Positions 17,423 to 27,381 of a DNA stretch of 64,000 nucleotides are shown here, one piece after another. Position numbers and translations under genes: made by a program. The stretch's first letter is position 1; each line of letters starts with the position of its first letter. The notes beneath the pieces were generated by a model. That model ran no database searches. It was not told the origin of the DNA and was given only the letters and a program-made list of their open reading frames with translations. The DNA comes from Candidatus Saccharimonadota bacterium (GTDB lineage Bacteria > Patescibacteriota > Saccharimonadia > Saccharimonadales > AWTP1-31), in assembly GCA_026395435.1 (NCBI GenBank), contig JAPLYT010000011.1:74363-138362 (forward strand), read 5' to 3'.

Positions 17423-20400
17423 TTATTTTAAGATAACGTTTTTATCGCCTACTAGGGCACGGAGAGATGTTCGAATTTCTTTACTCGACTCCACTCTCAT
17501 CGGAAGTTTTATGACTTGTCGATCTTCGGTGTCGCCAAGAACTAATACGACTTCAGTAGAGCCCGAATGGTCATCAATAAGTTTTTTTATGCCGCGAAGC
17601 ATTTCTTGGTCACCACCTTCACTAAGCTTTATATACAGCCTCTTCGGTGTCCCCTCTTCAGAAGGCGCTGGGGCTTTTTCAGTAGCACGCGGAACTCGAA
17701 CTTTTGGCGGTTTCTGTTTCTTCATACTTGGTACATAGTTTTTGGCTTCTTTGTGGGTGACTTCCCGCGCAGAATCGACAAGAATTTGGGCGGAGCTACT
17801 CACTTTGCCTTCTTTATCTTCACCCGATATCTTCCCCGTCAATGTTACGACAGTATCGCGTTGCCACAGATCACCACTTTTTTCATAAACGCCAGGGAAT
17901 AAGATCAACTCCATCTCTCCAAATTCATCGGCGATTTTTACGAAGGCCATTTTCTGACCCTTTTTAGTCAATATTTCTCTGGATTCGAGTACCACACCAC
18001 CAATAGTGACGGCCTTGCCATGGAGATCTGGAGTAACAAGGTTTGTTGCTACTGTTTGCTCAGAAAGCCACATTTTATATTCTTCAAGCGGATGGGCACT
18101 GAGGTATAACCCTAGAAGTTCACGTTCCCATTGCAATTGCTCACGCATGTTCGTTTCGATTTCATCAGTAGATAGTTTGAGCTTAGGTTTAATTTGGTCT
18201 GATGTCTCAATCGCATCACCAAAAATATCAATTTGACCACTCGCTTTTTCTTTTTGAATTCTGCTGGCATAGGCCAAAAGTGTTTCCAGGTTTTCCAGTA
18301 ACATGACGCGTTTACCATAGCGATCGAGGGCACCGGTTTTTATCAGACTGTCGAGCGCCTTACGATTCACAATCCGTACATTCACCCGCTCAAAGAAATC
18401 TTCTAAACTGCTAAATTGTTTTTCATCACGAGCCCGTAAAATTTCTTCCACGGCCGCCGTACCAACATTTTTAATTGCTGCCATGCCGAATCTGATCTGT
18501 GGCTGATCGGGCACAACGGCAAACTCTACAAACGACTCGTTCACGTCGGGAGATAGCACTTTGATCCCCATGTTGTTACATTCATTGATTTCGATTGCTA
18601 AACGATCGATATTATCAAAATCACTGGTCATCAGAGCTGCCATAAAAGCCTCAGGGTAGTGTGCTTTCAGGTATGCCGTTTGGTACGCAATAAGGCCATA
18701 GCAGGCAGAGTGACTTTTGTTGAAGCAGTAGTCGGCGAATGCCTCAAGTTGGGCCCAGAATTTACTGGCAAAAGATTTAGGGACGCCACTTTTTTCGACC
18801 ATACCTTCGATAAATGCTACTTTCATTTTGGCCATGGTCTCGCGTTGTTTTTTACCAATTGCTTTTCTGAGAGTATCGGCTTGGCCACCAGTAAATCCGC
18901 ACATATCTTTACTGATTTGCATGAACTGTTCTTGGTACACAAGGATGCCGTACGTTTCAGAAAGTGCAGCCCGAAGTCCTTCATGCTCGTAGGTAACTTC
19001 TTTGAGGCCATGTTTTCGGGCAATAAAGTCATCAATAAACTGCATTGGACCAGGTCGGTACAAGGCTACCATGGCGATGATGTCATCAAACTTGGTTGGT
19101 TTCAGTTCGCGGAGATATCGCTTCATCCCAGCCGATTCAAGCTGGAATACCCCGGTGGTATCACCTTTTTGGAGTAGTTTGAATGTTTTGTCATCATCAA
19201 GTGGAATGGTGGAAATATCAATATCGACGTCATTCACTCGCTTTATCACGCGGAGGGCGTTTTTGATAATAGTGAGGTTAGACAGCCCCAGGAAGTCCAT
19301 TTTTAATAGTCCAAGTTCTTCCACGGGACCCATAGAATATTGGGTTGAGACAACGCCTTTTTGAGCCATTTCAAGTGGTGCGAATTTGACTATTTCGTCA
19401 GGTGCGATCACTACACCTGCAGCATGAATACCATGGCTCCGGATTGTGCCTTCCATCTGCACAGCGAGATCAAAAATACGTCGTGATTGTTCACTCGACT
19501 CATACTCAGCTTTGAGGTCGGGGTCTTTGAGGAGTGACGTTTTGAGGGGTATATGGCGACCCTGAACAGGCGGCGGTATCATTTTTGATAGATGATCAGC
19601 TTCGGCATAGGGAATCTGGAGAACACGAGCAACATCACGCACCGCGTTTCGTGCAGCCATACGACCGAACGTGACAATATTCGCCACTCGTTCAGTACCA
19701 TATTTTTGGACGCAGTACTGGATTACCTCATCCCGCCGGGTATCTTGAATATCGATATCAACGTCGGGCATGCTGATACGGTCAGGGTTCAAGAATCGTT
19801 CAAACAGCAGATCATAGGCTAGCGGATCAAGCTCGGTAATACGCATGGCATAGGCCACGATAGAACCGGCTGCTGAGCCCCTACCTGGCCCAAACACAAT
19901 GCCCTGATCTTTGCCCCAGTTAATAAAGTCGGAGACGATTAAGAAATAGCCATTGAATCCCATTTGTGCAATGATACCAAGCTCGTATTCTGCACGCGTC
20001 AGGACATCTTTACTGAGAGATTTCTTGGCGAGTGGGATGCTCAGCTTGTTGGCGTCATTGACGTCGAGACCTCCGTAACGCCAGGCTAAACCTTGATATA
20101 CAAGCGTATGGAGGTAAGATTCTTCTGTCTCGCCTTTTGGCACGGGAAATTTAGGAATTAAAATCCCACCAAGTTTAATGTCTATATGGCAGCGTTTGGC
20201 AATTAAACCAGTGTTTTTGATAATCTCGGGATGCTCTTTGCCCCATCGCGCAATAATTTCATGTGGGTCGGTGACATGAAGCTCAAAATTCTTGAGTGAC
20301 ATACGTTTTTCATCACTCAGATAGGACCCGGTTTGGACGCAGAGCAATAGCTCGTGAGCTTCTTGGTCGGAATGCCGAAGGTAATGGGCATCACACGTCA

Positions 20401-21049
20401 GGGCGCACGATATATCAAGTTCTTTGGCTAGTTTAAACGTTTGTTCAGTTACCCGTACTTGCTCGTCCCAAGAACTGGGATGTCCGGCATGACCATGGTC
20501 TTGGATCTCCAGATAGTAGCGGTCGCCAAATACTTTTTTATACCACTGGGCTGTGGCTTTTGCTTGATCATATTGTCCGTTGCGGAGCGCGTCACCAATC
20601 TCGCCACCGATACAAGCACTCAGTACGATCAATCCTTCATTGTATTTTTCTAGCAACTCGTGGTCTACACGCGGTTTATAGTAAAAGCCCTGTAAGTTGG
20701 CGATGCTACTGAGCCTCATCAGATTTTCGTAGCCCTGGTTATTCATAGCGAGCAGAATAAGGTGAAATGGGGTTTTGTCTTTACCGGCTTCGCGATCAGT
20801 ATGTTTCCGCGGTGCTACGTATGTCTCCATGCCGATGATAGGCGTAATACCTGCAGCGTTTGAGGCTTTGTAGAACTCAATAGCTCCCGACATCGTGCCG
20901 TGATCGGTAATGGCTATACCCGGCATTCCCGATTTTTTGACGTACTCAACAAGGTCTGGCACTTTGGTGAGACCATCGAGAAGGCTGTATTGTGTGTGAT
21001 TATGTAGGTGCACAAAATCAGCGGGCGTTAATTGCTCTTGCTCTACCAT
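17423..21049 (-). CDS. dnaE: DNA polymerase III alpha subunit
   Basis: PHP domain (HLHNHTQYSLLDG), polymerase core (GPGRGSAAGS, PDVDIDI), an OB fold near residue 1000 and a C-terminal domain. 1208 aa. Confidence 0.95.
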   Translation of the reverse strand: MVEQEQLTPADFVHLHNHTQYSLLDGLTKVPDLVEYVKKSGMPGIAITDHGTMSGAIEFYKASNAAGITPIIGMETYVAPRKHTDREAGKDKTPFHLILLAMNNQGYENLMRLSSIANLQGFYYKPRVDHELLEKYNEGLIVLSACIGGEIGDALRNGQYDQAKATAQWYKKVFGDRYYLEIQDHGHAGHPSSWDEQVRVTEQTFKLAKELDISCALTCDAHYLRHSDQEAHELLLCVQTGSYLSDEKRMSLKNFELHVTDPHEIIARWGKEHPEIIKNTGLIAKRCHIDIKLGGILIPKFPVPKGETEESYLHTLVYQGLAWRYGGLDVNDANKLSIPLAKKSLSKDVLTRAEYELGIIAQMGFNGYFLIVSDFINWGKDQGIVFGPGRGSAAGSIVAYAMRITELDPLAYDLLFERFLNPDRISMPDVDIDIQDTRRDEVIQYCVQKYGTERVANIVTFGRMAARNAVRDVARVLQIPYAEADHLSKMIPPPVQGRHIPLKTSLLKDPDLKAEYESSEQSRRIFDLAVQMEGTIRSHGIHAAGVVIAPDEIVKFAPLEMAQKGVVSTQYSMGPVEELGLLKMDFLGLSNLTIIKNALRVIKRVNDVDIDISTIPLDDDKTFKLLQKGDTTGVFQLESAGMKRYLRELKPTKFDDIIAMVALYRPGPMQFIDDFIARKHGLKEVTYEHEGLRAALSETYGILVYQEQFMQISKDMCGFTGGQADTLRKAIGKKQRETMAKMKVAFIEGMVEKSGVPKSFASKFWAQLEAFADYCFNKSHSACYGLIAYQTAYLKAHYPEAFMAALMTSDFDNIDRLAIEINECNNMGIKVLSPDVNESFVEFAVVPDQPQIRFGMAAIKNVGTAAVEEILRARDEKQFSSLEDFFERVNVRIVNRKALDSLIKTGALDRYGKRVMLLENLETLLAYASRIQKEKASGQIDIFGDAIETSDQIKPKLKLSTDEIETNMREQLQWERELLGLYLSAHPLEEYKMWLSEQTVATNLVTPDLHGKAVTIGGVVLESREILTKKGQKMAFVKIADEFGEMELILFPGVYEKSGDLWQRDTVVTLTGKISGEDKEGKVSSSAQILVDSAREVTHKEAKNYVPSMKKQKPPKVRVPRATEKAPAPSEEGTPKRLYIKLSEGGDQEMLRGIKKLIDDHSGSTEVVLVLGDTEDRQVIKLPMRVESSKEIRTSLRALVGDKNVILK

Positions 21050-21114
21050 GATCCCTCGTTAGTTAGCTACCCTTAAGTATACCTTAGATACTTACGGTAA
21101 TGAGGTGAATTTGA

Positions 21115-21378
21115 TTATTTTTTTTCTTGAATCGTTGTTTTGACCGTATCGGTAATTGGACCAAGGAGCGGTATGTGTTTAAAAAGCGATAGCGACCATG
21201 CTAAGGCGCCAATGACGAGTGTTGCGCCAAGTACTCCGCCGATGCCGCTAGCTACGCCTTTTAAGAAACTTGATTTATATGATTGATTGGCGTTTATATA
21301 GCCTGTTTCATAAATTGAAACGAGCATTTTACCGAGTGATTCATAGTCTGGGTTTTTGGTTTTTTGTGGCTTATTCAT
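21115..21378 (-). CDS. Small membrane protein, unknown function
   Basis: One long hydrophobic segment (GIGGVLGATLVIGALAWSLSLF). The ATG at 21378 overlaps the upstream gene's stop (ATGAATAA). Confidence 0.5.
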   Translation of the reverse strand: MNKPQKTKNPDYESLGKMLVSIYETGYINANQSYKSSFLKGVASGIGGVLGATLVIGALAWSLSLFKHIPLLGPITDTVKTTIQEKK

Positions 21379-21778
21379 GCTTATCGAGATATGCACGTAG
21401 GTGATCGATTGCTTCTTTTACGTCAGCAACGGCCGTTTTAAGGTCGGCATCTTCAACATCGCCATCATGAAGGGCGGTGAGCATATCACGAGCTTTTTCT
21501 TTGGCTACGGTAGCAGCAGTAACAAATTTTTCGAGATCTTTCTTCCCGCTCTCTTCGAGCTTTGAAGTGAGTTTTTTACCACGTGTCAAAAGAACGGTAG
21601 CTTCACTGTGTAAGCTTTTGAGGGACTTTTCGGCTTCACGTTTTGCTTTTGCTGCGGCATTCTTTACATCTTCGCGTGTTTCTTTGCCGCTTTTTGGCGC
21701 CGTGAGAATACCAGTCAGGTATCCAGCAATTCCGGCAAACAATGCTCCGAGTGCGAATCTTTTAGAGTTTTTATTCAT
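21371..21778 (-). CDS. YtxH-like membrane-anchored protein
   Basis: N-terminal GALFAGIAGYLTGILTAPKSGKETREDVK signature typical of YtxH-domain proteins, followed by a charged helical region. Confidence 0.65.
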   Translation of the reverse strand: MNKNSKRFALGALFAGIAGYLTGILTAPKSGKETREDVKNAAAKAKREAEKSLKSLHSEATVLLTRGKKLTSKLEESGKKDLEKFVTAATVAKEKARDMLTALHDGDVEDADLKTAVADVKEAIDHLRAYLDKHE

Positions 21779-21780
21779 AG

Positions 21781-22050
21781 TTAGTCCTTCTTTCCTGATT
21801 TATGTTCACGACTTGCATTAAATATATTTGAAATCAATTTGCCCAAGGCAACGTGGCTGGTCGTGTTCTGAAAAAATGTGGTGACTGATTCTGCCTTGTC
21901 GGCAATGCTTTCGGCTTTGATAGTGATCTTTTTTAGATGATCCAAGATTTGGATTACTTTGACAGTTGCAATAATACTAACCGTTAAGAAAAGGGCCAAC
22001 GTGAGTGAAAGAATGACAAGAATTATTTGTTCAGCAGTAGTTATATTCAT
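21781..22050 (-). CDS. Small single-TM protein (DUF948-like architecture)
   Basis: N-terminal TM helix followed by a helical soluble segment. Its stop lies 2 nt before the YtxH-like start. Confidence 0.45.
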   Translation of the reverse strand: MNITTAEQIILVILSLTLALFLTVSIIATVKVIQILDHLKKITIKAESIADKAESVTTFFQNTTSHVALGKLISNIFNASREHKSGKKD

Positions 22051-22082
22051 AGTACTTGTAAGTATACTCTTATGCGTATGGT

Positions 22083-22973
22083 TTAGTCTACGATTGAGCG
22101 TAGATAGGCCTTAAATTCATCACGAATATCATCACGCTTGAGAGCAAAATCAACGACTGTTTTAAGGTATTCAAGCTTGTTGCCGGTATCGTAGTAGTGA
22201 CCATTTTTGACTTGGTATGCCAGGATTCCTAAACCGTCTTCAATCATCATTTGCAAGGCTGGTTGGAGATAAAATTCTGTTTCTGGTGGGCGTACTTTTT
22301 CTGCATCATGGAGATACTTAAATATATCTGGAGTAAGAAGATAGCCACTCACACTTGCTAAATTACTTGGGGCGGCTTCTTTGCCCGGTTTTTCGATAAT
22401 ATGAGACATCTGTAGCAGTCCTGGTGATAGTTCCTCACCAGCTACTATTCCATAACGAGAATAATCGGCATCGTTTTGGACCGTAATACAGGTCAGAACG
22501 CTGCTGCCATGTTCTTTATAGACATCTATCATCTGCGAAAATCGCGAGGGACTGGCAACAATAAAATCATCAGCATAGGTATATATAAACGGTTCATCGC
22601 CAATCAGGTGCTCAACGTTCATAACTGGCGTAGCGCTCCCATAAGGTCCTTTTTGTCGAACGTAGGCAAAATTAGCCAGTCCACTTATTTTTTTAGTGTC
22701 TTCCAGTAGCTCTAATTTGCCGGCGTTTTTTAGGTTAGCCCGCAAATCTGCACTCATATGATCAAAATGATCTTCAATCGAGCGTTTGTGGTAACCGGTG
22801 ACGATGACGATATCTTCAATACCGGCATCAACAAGCTCCTCGACGATATATTGAATAATAGGCTTGTCGACAAGGGGAAGCATTTCTTTAGGCAATGCTT
22901 TAGTTTGTGGAAGGAATCGTGTTCCGAATCCGGCTGCGGCGATCACTGCTTTTCGTACGGGTTTTGTATTCAT
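22083..22973 (-). CDS. galU: UTP--glucose-1-phosphate uridylyltransferase
   Basis: AAGFGTRFLPQTKALPKEMLPLVDKP nucleotidyltransferase signature. 296 aa. Confidence 0.9.
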   Translation of the reverse strand: MNTKPVRKAVIAAAGFGTRFLPQTKALPKEMLPLVDKPIIQYIVEELVDAGIEDIVIVTGYHKRSIEDHFDHMSADLRANLKNAGKLELLEDTKKISGLANFAYVRQKGPYGSATPVMNVEHLIGDEPFIYTYADDFIVASPSRFSQMIDVYKEHGSSVLTCITVQNDADYSRYGIVAGEELSPGLLQMSHIIEKPGKEAAPSNLASVSGYLLTPDIFKYLHDAEKVRPPETEFYLQPALQMMIEDGLGILAYQVKNGHYYDTGNKLEYLKTVVDFALKRDDIRDEFKAYLRSIVD

Positions 22974-23018
22974 ACATAAATAATACCGTATCTTTATATG
23001 ATCTTGGCAAGATAAATA

Positions 23019-24491
23019 CTATTGTAGTTTTTTGCGAATTAATTCTTGAGCAAGTCCAGGGTTGGCAGTCCCACGACTGGCTTTCATGACTTGTCCAACT
23101 AAGAATCCAATAGCCTTCATCTCGCCATTTTTGACGTCCTCTGCAGCCTGAGGATTGGCGCTCAGTACTTCCGTGACTATCGCCTCGATGGCTGACGTAT
23201 CCGAAACTTGCATCATTCCCTGCTGATCGGCATACCCACGAATATCTTTTGGTAGGCTGCTATGGCTGAATATGTCGGTGATTAGTGCCTTGGCATTACT
23301 TGAGCTCAATAGTGATTCTTGTGCCAATGCATGTACTTCTGAATACAGCTTGTTGCGATCATCTACCGGTAGTTCAATATTAGCTTTTTCGTCATTCCGA
23401 AGTGGAATTTCGATGTTTACAAACCAATTTGCCAGTTGTTTTGCATAGGCTTGATCTGATAGTGCGCTTTCTAGTACATCAAGATATCCGACTGCTTCTG
23501 AATCTACTTCTGCTTCGATAAGGACGGCGCTTTGACTGGCGTCAAGTCCTAGGCTGCTTAAACGCTCGCGCCACTCGTTAGGAAGTGTCGGGATCGTAGC
23601 TTTAATCCTTTCTATATATTCGTCACTAAGGATAACTGGCGGAAGATCAGGGTCAGGCATATAGCGGTAGTCATGTGCTTGCTCTTTGCCGCGTTGGCTA
23701 CTCGTCCGTTGCTTGGCGTCATCCCAGCCGCGGGTTTCTTGCTGTATCAGGGTTCCTTTTTCTAAAAGTTCTATTTGCCGGTTAATTTCATATTCGGCAG
23801 CTTTTTCGACACTTCTAAACGAGTTAAGATTTTTTGTTTCAGTACGTGTTCCTAGCTCATCGGTCTTGCTGACACTCACGTTGACGTCGAAACGCATATT
23901 GCCATGGAATAAATTAGCCTCAGACACATCAGCGTATTTCATGAGCAAATACAGCTCATGGGCATAGGCCCGCGCCTCGGCCGGACTATGAATGTCGGGT
24001 TCTGACACAATTTCGAGTAGTGGAGTTCCAACACGGTTCAAATCGACGAGACTATAATCGGCATTGGCTGGATGACTACTTTTGCCGGCGTCTGCTTCCA
24101 GATGCGCCCGGGTGATTTTGACGACGTGTGGTTCGCCATCGACAATGGTTTGAACTTCACCGCCAAGCACGATAGGCTCGTCAAACTGGGTAATTTGATA
24201 GCCGAGCGGGAGATCAGGATAAAAATAGTGTTTACGATCAAATTTACTGAAACTACTGGGTCGCGAACCGAGTGCAAAGCCAGCTCGAGACGCTAATTCT
24301 ACAGCCGCCTCATTAAGTACCGGTAGTGCCCCGGGCATGCCCAGGCAGATGTGACTAATAAGGGTATTCGGTTCAGCACCCTTGGCATCGTTTCCGACGC
24401 TCGCAAAAAGTTTTGAGACAGTCTTGAGCTGCACATGACATTCAATGCCAATGGTTACCTGGTACTGATCTTTTACTTCTTTACTGATCAT
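23019..24491 (-). CDS. gatB: Asp/Glu-tRNA amidotransferase subunit B
   Basis: Matches GatB throughout (IGIECHVQL, GMPGALPVLN, NLNSFRSV, C-terminal YqeY-like tail). I prefer the ATG at 24491 (MISKEV...); the ORF track uses the TTG at 24503. Confidence 0.93.
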   Translation of the reverse strand: MISKEVKDQYQVTIGIECHVQLKTVSKLFASVGNDAKGAEPNTLISHICLGMPGALPVLNEAAVELASRAGFALGSRPSSFSKFDRKHYFYPDLPLGYQITQFDEPIVLGGEVQTIVDGEPHVVKITRAHLEADAGKSSHPANADYSLVDLNRVGTPLLEIVSEPDIHSPAEARAYAHELYLLMKYADVSEANLFHGNMRFDVNVSVSKTDELGTRTETKNLNSFRSVEKAAEYEINRQIELLEKGTLIQQETRGWDDAKQRTSSQRGKEQAHDYRYMPDPDLPPVILSDEYIERIKATIPTLPNEWRERLSSLGLDASQSAVLIEAEVDSEAVGYLDVLESALSDQAYAKQLANWFVNIEIPLRNDEKANIELPVDDRNKLYSEVHALAQESLLSSSNAKALITDIFSHSSLPKDIRGYADQQGMMQVSDTSAIEAIVTEVLSANPQAAEDVKNGEMKAIGFLVGQVMKASRGTANPGLAQELIRKKLQ

Positions 24492-24495
24492 AGGT

Positions 24496-24849
24496 TTATT
24501 CAAGTGCTCCTAGGTCACGTAGTGCTTGTCGAATGCCAATGAGTGACTTCTTGACATCGGATTCTTTGAGTTTGCCAGCAGATTCATCAAGTAATTTTTT
24601 AGATAAGTTATGTGCAAACCAAACAGCGTCGTTGTCGGTTAGAATTTTCTGCGCTTCGACTAATCGTTCCCCCATACTCTTGCCCTTAAGATGCTTCTTC
24701 TTCAGAGCTTCGTCGAGTAACTTGTCTGCGTCGATAATAGCTAAAGCCCAGGTTTCCTTACTCTTACAGAACTTCTGGAGCTCAATCCATTGTGCTTTGA
24801 ATTTTGCGGTTTTAATTTTTCGCCGTGGTAGTTTTGGTAAAAACTTCAT
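24496..24849 (-). CDS. Hypothetical 117-aa protein inserted between gatA and gatB
   Basis: The ORF fills the gatA-gatB gap exactly. Its ATG overlaps the gatA TGA (ATGA at 24846..24849) and its stop lies 4 nt before the gatB ATG. It is basic and helical, with no motif I recognise. Confidence 0.55.
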   Translation of the reverse strand: MKFLPKLPRRKIKTAKFKAQWIELQKFCKSKETWALAIIDADKLLDEALKKKHLKGKSMGERLVEAQKILTDNDAVWFAHNLSKKLLDESAGKLKESDVKKSLIGIRQALRDLGALE

Positions 24850-26276
24850 GCTGACATAACTTTCTGTGCCGCGGCGGCTACATTTAATAATTGATTATCT
24901 GTTTTAGCGGGTGACATCAACTGCAATCCAACAGGTAGATCTTCACTCGATCCAGCTGGAATGACGATAGCCGGTAAACCAGCTAAGCTGGCACCTACCG
25001 TCATAACGTCGGCCAGATACATTTGGAGTGGGTCGTTGGCATTTTCGCCAAGCTTGAAAGCAGTTGTCGGCGCAGTTGGCCCTACCAAGTAGTCAACTGA
25101 TTCGAATACGCTATTAAACTCGTTAATGAGTTTTGTACGAACCAGCTGGGCTTTCTTGTAGTAGGCATCATAGTATCCACTACTGAGAACATGCGTTCCA
25201 ATAATAATACGGCGCTTGGCTTCTTTGCCAAAACCATGAGACCGAGACTTTACATAACTGTCTTCAAGATTAGTCGCTGACGCATCGCTATAACCAAATC
25301 GTTGACCATCGTATCGACTGAGGTTACTGCTGATTTCTGCCGGTACAAGAATGTAATATATCGCCAGTGATAATGCCAGGCTCGGAATACTGACCTCGAC
25401 AATTTCTGCTCCGGCACGCGCAAGCTTCTCAATTGCTGATTCGATGGCAGTTTTTACTCCTGGGTCTAACCCCTCACCCATATATTCTTTGACAACGCCA
25501 ATCTTCTTACCCTTAAGGCTAGTATCGGTAATGGCGTAGCCCTCTGTCTCCCGCTGGATTGTCGTGCTATCCAGCTCATCTATTCCCGCCAGCACATCCG
25601 TAATTGTAGCTACATCTTCAACTGAGCGTGCAAGAGTACCGATGGTGTCAGTGCTGCTGGCCATTGCTACGACCCCGCTCCGGCTAATCAGACCATAGGT
25701 TGGTTTGTAGCCGACACATCCAGAAAAACTAGCAGGCTGACGGCTAGATCCACCCGTGTCGGTTCCGAGGGCAAATGGGACCATATCAAGAACTACGGCA
25801 GCTGCAGAGCCTCCAGAAGATCCTCCCGGTACTCGTGTTTTGTCATGAGGGTTCAAGGTAGGCCCAAAGTCACTGTTCTCAGTACTCGCCCCATGTCCAA
25901 ATGCGTCGAGGTTAGCTTTTGCCACGCAGATCGCGCCTTCGGCCTCCAGAAGATTGATTGCGGTTGATTGATACGGAGCTTGAAAGCCTTTCAGAATATT
26001 GCTGGCTGCTGTTGTTTCGGCTCCAAACACGAGGAAATTATCTTTGGCGATAAATGGCACGCCGGCAAGTTTGCCGATCGTCTCACCTTTCGCGATTCGA
26101 GTGTCTATGTCTTTTGCTCGAGCACGTGCAGATGCTTCTAGAACTGACAATACTGCATGATATTCAGATTTAGCGGCAATGGTTTTTAAAGATGCCTCAA
26201 CGAGTTCTGAAGCCGAGATGACTCCACTTTGGACGTCATTGGCAAGTTCAGAAACGGGCTTCCATTGTGATGCCAT
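24846..26276 (-). CDS. gatA: Glu-tRNA(Gln) amidotransferase subunit A
   Basis: Amidase signature GGSSGGSAAAV and a Ser-cisSer-Lys type core. 476 aa. Confidence 0.95.
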   Translation of the reverse strand: MASQWKPVSELANDVQSGVISASELVEASLKTIAAKSEYHAVLSVLEASARARAKDIDTRIAKGETIGKLAGVPFIAKDNFLVFGAETTAASNILKGFQAPYQSTAINLLEAEGAICVAKANLDAFGHGASTENSDFGPTLNPHDKTRVPGGSSGGSAAAVVLDMVPFALGTDTGGSSRQPASFSGCVGYKPTYGLISRSGVVAMASSTDTIGTLARSVEDVATITDVLAGIDELDSTTIQRETEGYAITDTSLKGKKIGVVKEYMGEGLDPGVKTAIESAIEKLARAGAEIVEVSIPSLALSLAIYYILVPAEISSNLSRYDGQRFGYSDASATNLEDSYVKSRSHGFGKEAKRRIIIGTHVLSSGYYDAYYKKAQLVRTKLINEFNSVFESVDYLVGPTAPTTAFKLGENANDPLQMYLADVMTVGASLAGLPAIVIPAGSSEDLPVGLQLMSPAKTDNQLLNVAAAAQKVMSA

Positions 26277-26567
26277 CTAGAGAACCTTGTTCACTTTCAT
26301 ATAATTGCCTGATCGAGCTGGCAAGTTCTTAAGTAGTTCTTCTTGTGAAACGCCATAATCTGTAATCACATCTTTTCGCATGACGTTAGTGAGTCCCGTG
26401 ACCTGGTTGATTGGCTCGAGGCCTGATACGTCAACTGAGGATAATTGTTCGATGTAGCCCAGAATATCGCCTAGCTCTGTTGTGAGTGCAGTAAGCTCCT
26501 CTTTGTCCAAAGAAATCTTTGAAAGAGATGCCAATTTTAATACGTCGTTTTCGGTGAGGTTCGCCAT
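26277..26567 (-). CDS. gatC: Asp/Glu-tRNA amidotransferase subunit C
   Basis: 96-aa protein with GatC-like sequence (LAKLSKISL...EELTALTTELGDILGYIEQL), abutting the gatA start. Confidence 0.88.
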   Translation of the reverse strand: MANLTENDVLKLASLSKISLDKEELTALTTELGDILGYIEQLSSVDVSGLEPINQVTGLTNVMRKDVITDYGVSQEELLKNLPARSGNYMKVNKVL

Positions 26568-26662
26568 TTCAATCTATTATACTCGACTTACGACAGAACT
26601 TCTAGCGAACTCCTGAGCAATTTCGGATGCATATAACTCTAAGTAAACACAAACTAAATCGA

Positions 26663-27379
26663 TCAGCTGATTAATATCCAGCGCGCGACGATATCCCTCA
26701 GCCGTTTGTACTCTGCTTCGTCATATTGCATATTCGCAACCATGTATCGTTGACCACTTATATTAGTACAGAACATACTGTCTTGCATATCACCGGTGTC
26801 GTGTAGAAAAAAACTGTTTGTTATCTTGCCAGACCACGATATCCCAAAACTATTAGAACACTCACCGCTATCTTCAATACGGATACAAAATGTCGAATTA
26901 CCAGATCGTTGGCTGGCGGCTACGAATTCACTGCCAAATACACCATCGGATAAAATGATATTCTTGCTATTATGAATATCTTGTGATCGCCAAACGCTTT
27001 CAGATCTATCGATGTTATCAGATTGGCCAATATTGAGCGACTCTTTATATCGTTCGGTCGTGGTTAAATTGATTTCGTTCCACGCAGAGAGGATGTCATC
27101 CATATCTTTGAGCTGCCGGGCTGGTCGTCGATATTCAGAGTCGGCGCCCATTATTTTATTTATCTCACCGCCTCTTGCATACTCCATTTTGACGAATTTA
27201 AGCGGATTTGTAGACGAAGCCCATGTATCGGAGCCATCCATGGCATCGGTAACTTTCTGAGGTAATCTGATATCAAAGGTAAATTTTTGCATGAACTGTT
27301 CTAAGCTGAGGGGATTTGCATACCCTAGAACCTGACCAACTATCTTATCTAGTAATTCTTTTGCGTCTTTTTCTGTCAT
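26663..27379 (-). CDS. Hypothetical 238-aa protein, translationally coupled to the upstream ATPase
   Basis: The ATG lies 2 nt after the ATPase stop, with AAGGA inside the ATPase 3' end. No TM helix, no recognisable motif, Ser/Asn/Asp-rich C-terminal half. Confidence 0.55.
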   Translation of the reverse strand: MTEKDAKELLDKIVGQVLGYANPLSLEQFMQKFTFDIRLPQKVTDAMDGSDTWASSTNPLKFVKMEYARGGEINKIMGADSEYRRPARQLKDMDDILSAWNEINLTTTERYKESLNIGQSDNIDRSESVWRSQDIHNSKNIILSDGVFGSEFVAASQRSGNSTFCIRIEDSGECSNSFGISWSGKITNSFFLHDTGDMQDSMFCTNISGQRYMVANMQYDEAEYKRLRDIVARWILIS

Positions 27380-27381
27380 GT

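Noticed and set aside
18659-19177. 172-aa plus-strand ORF, and similar ORFs at 17403..17738, 17567..17902 and 19002..19364
   Set aside because: All are antisense to dnaE and are shadow ORFs.
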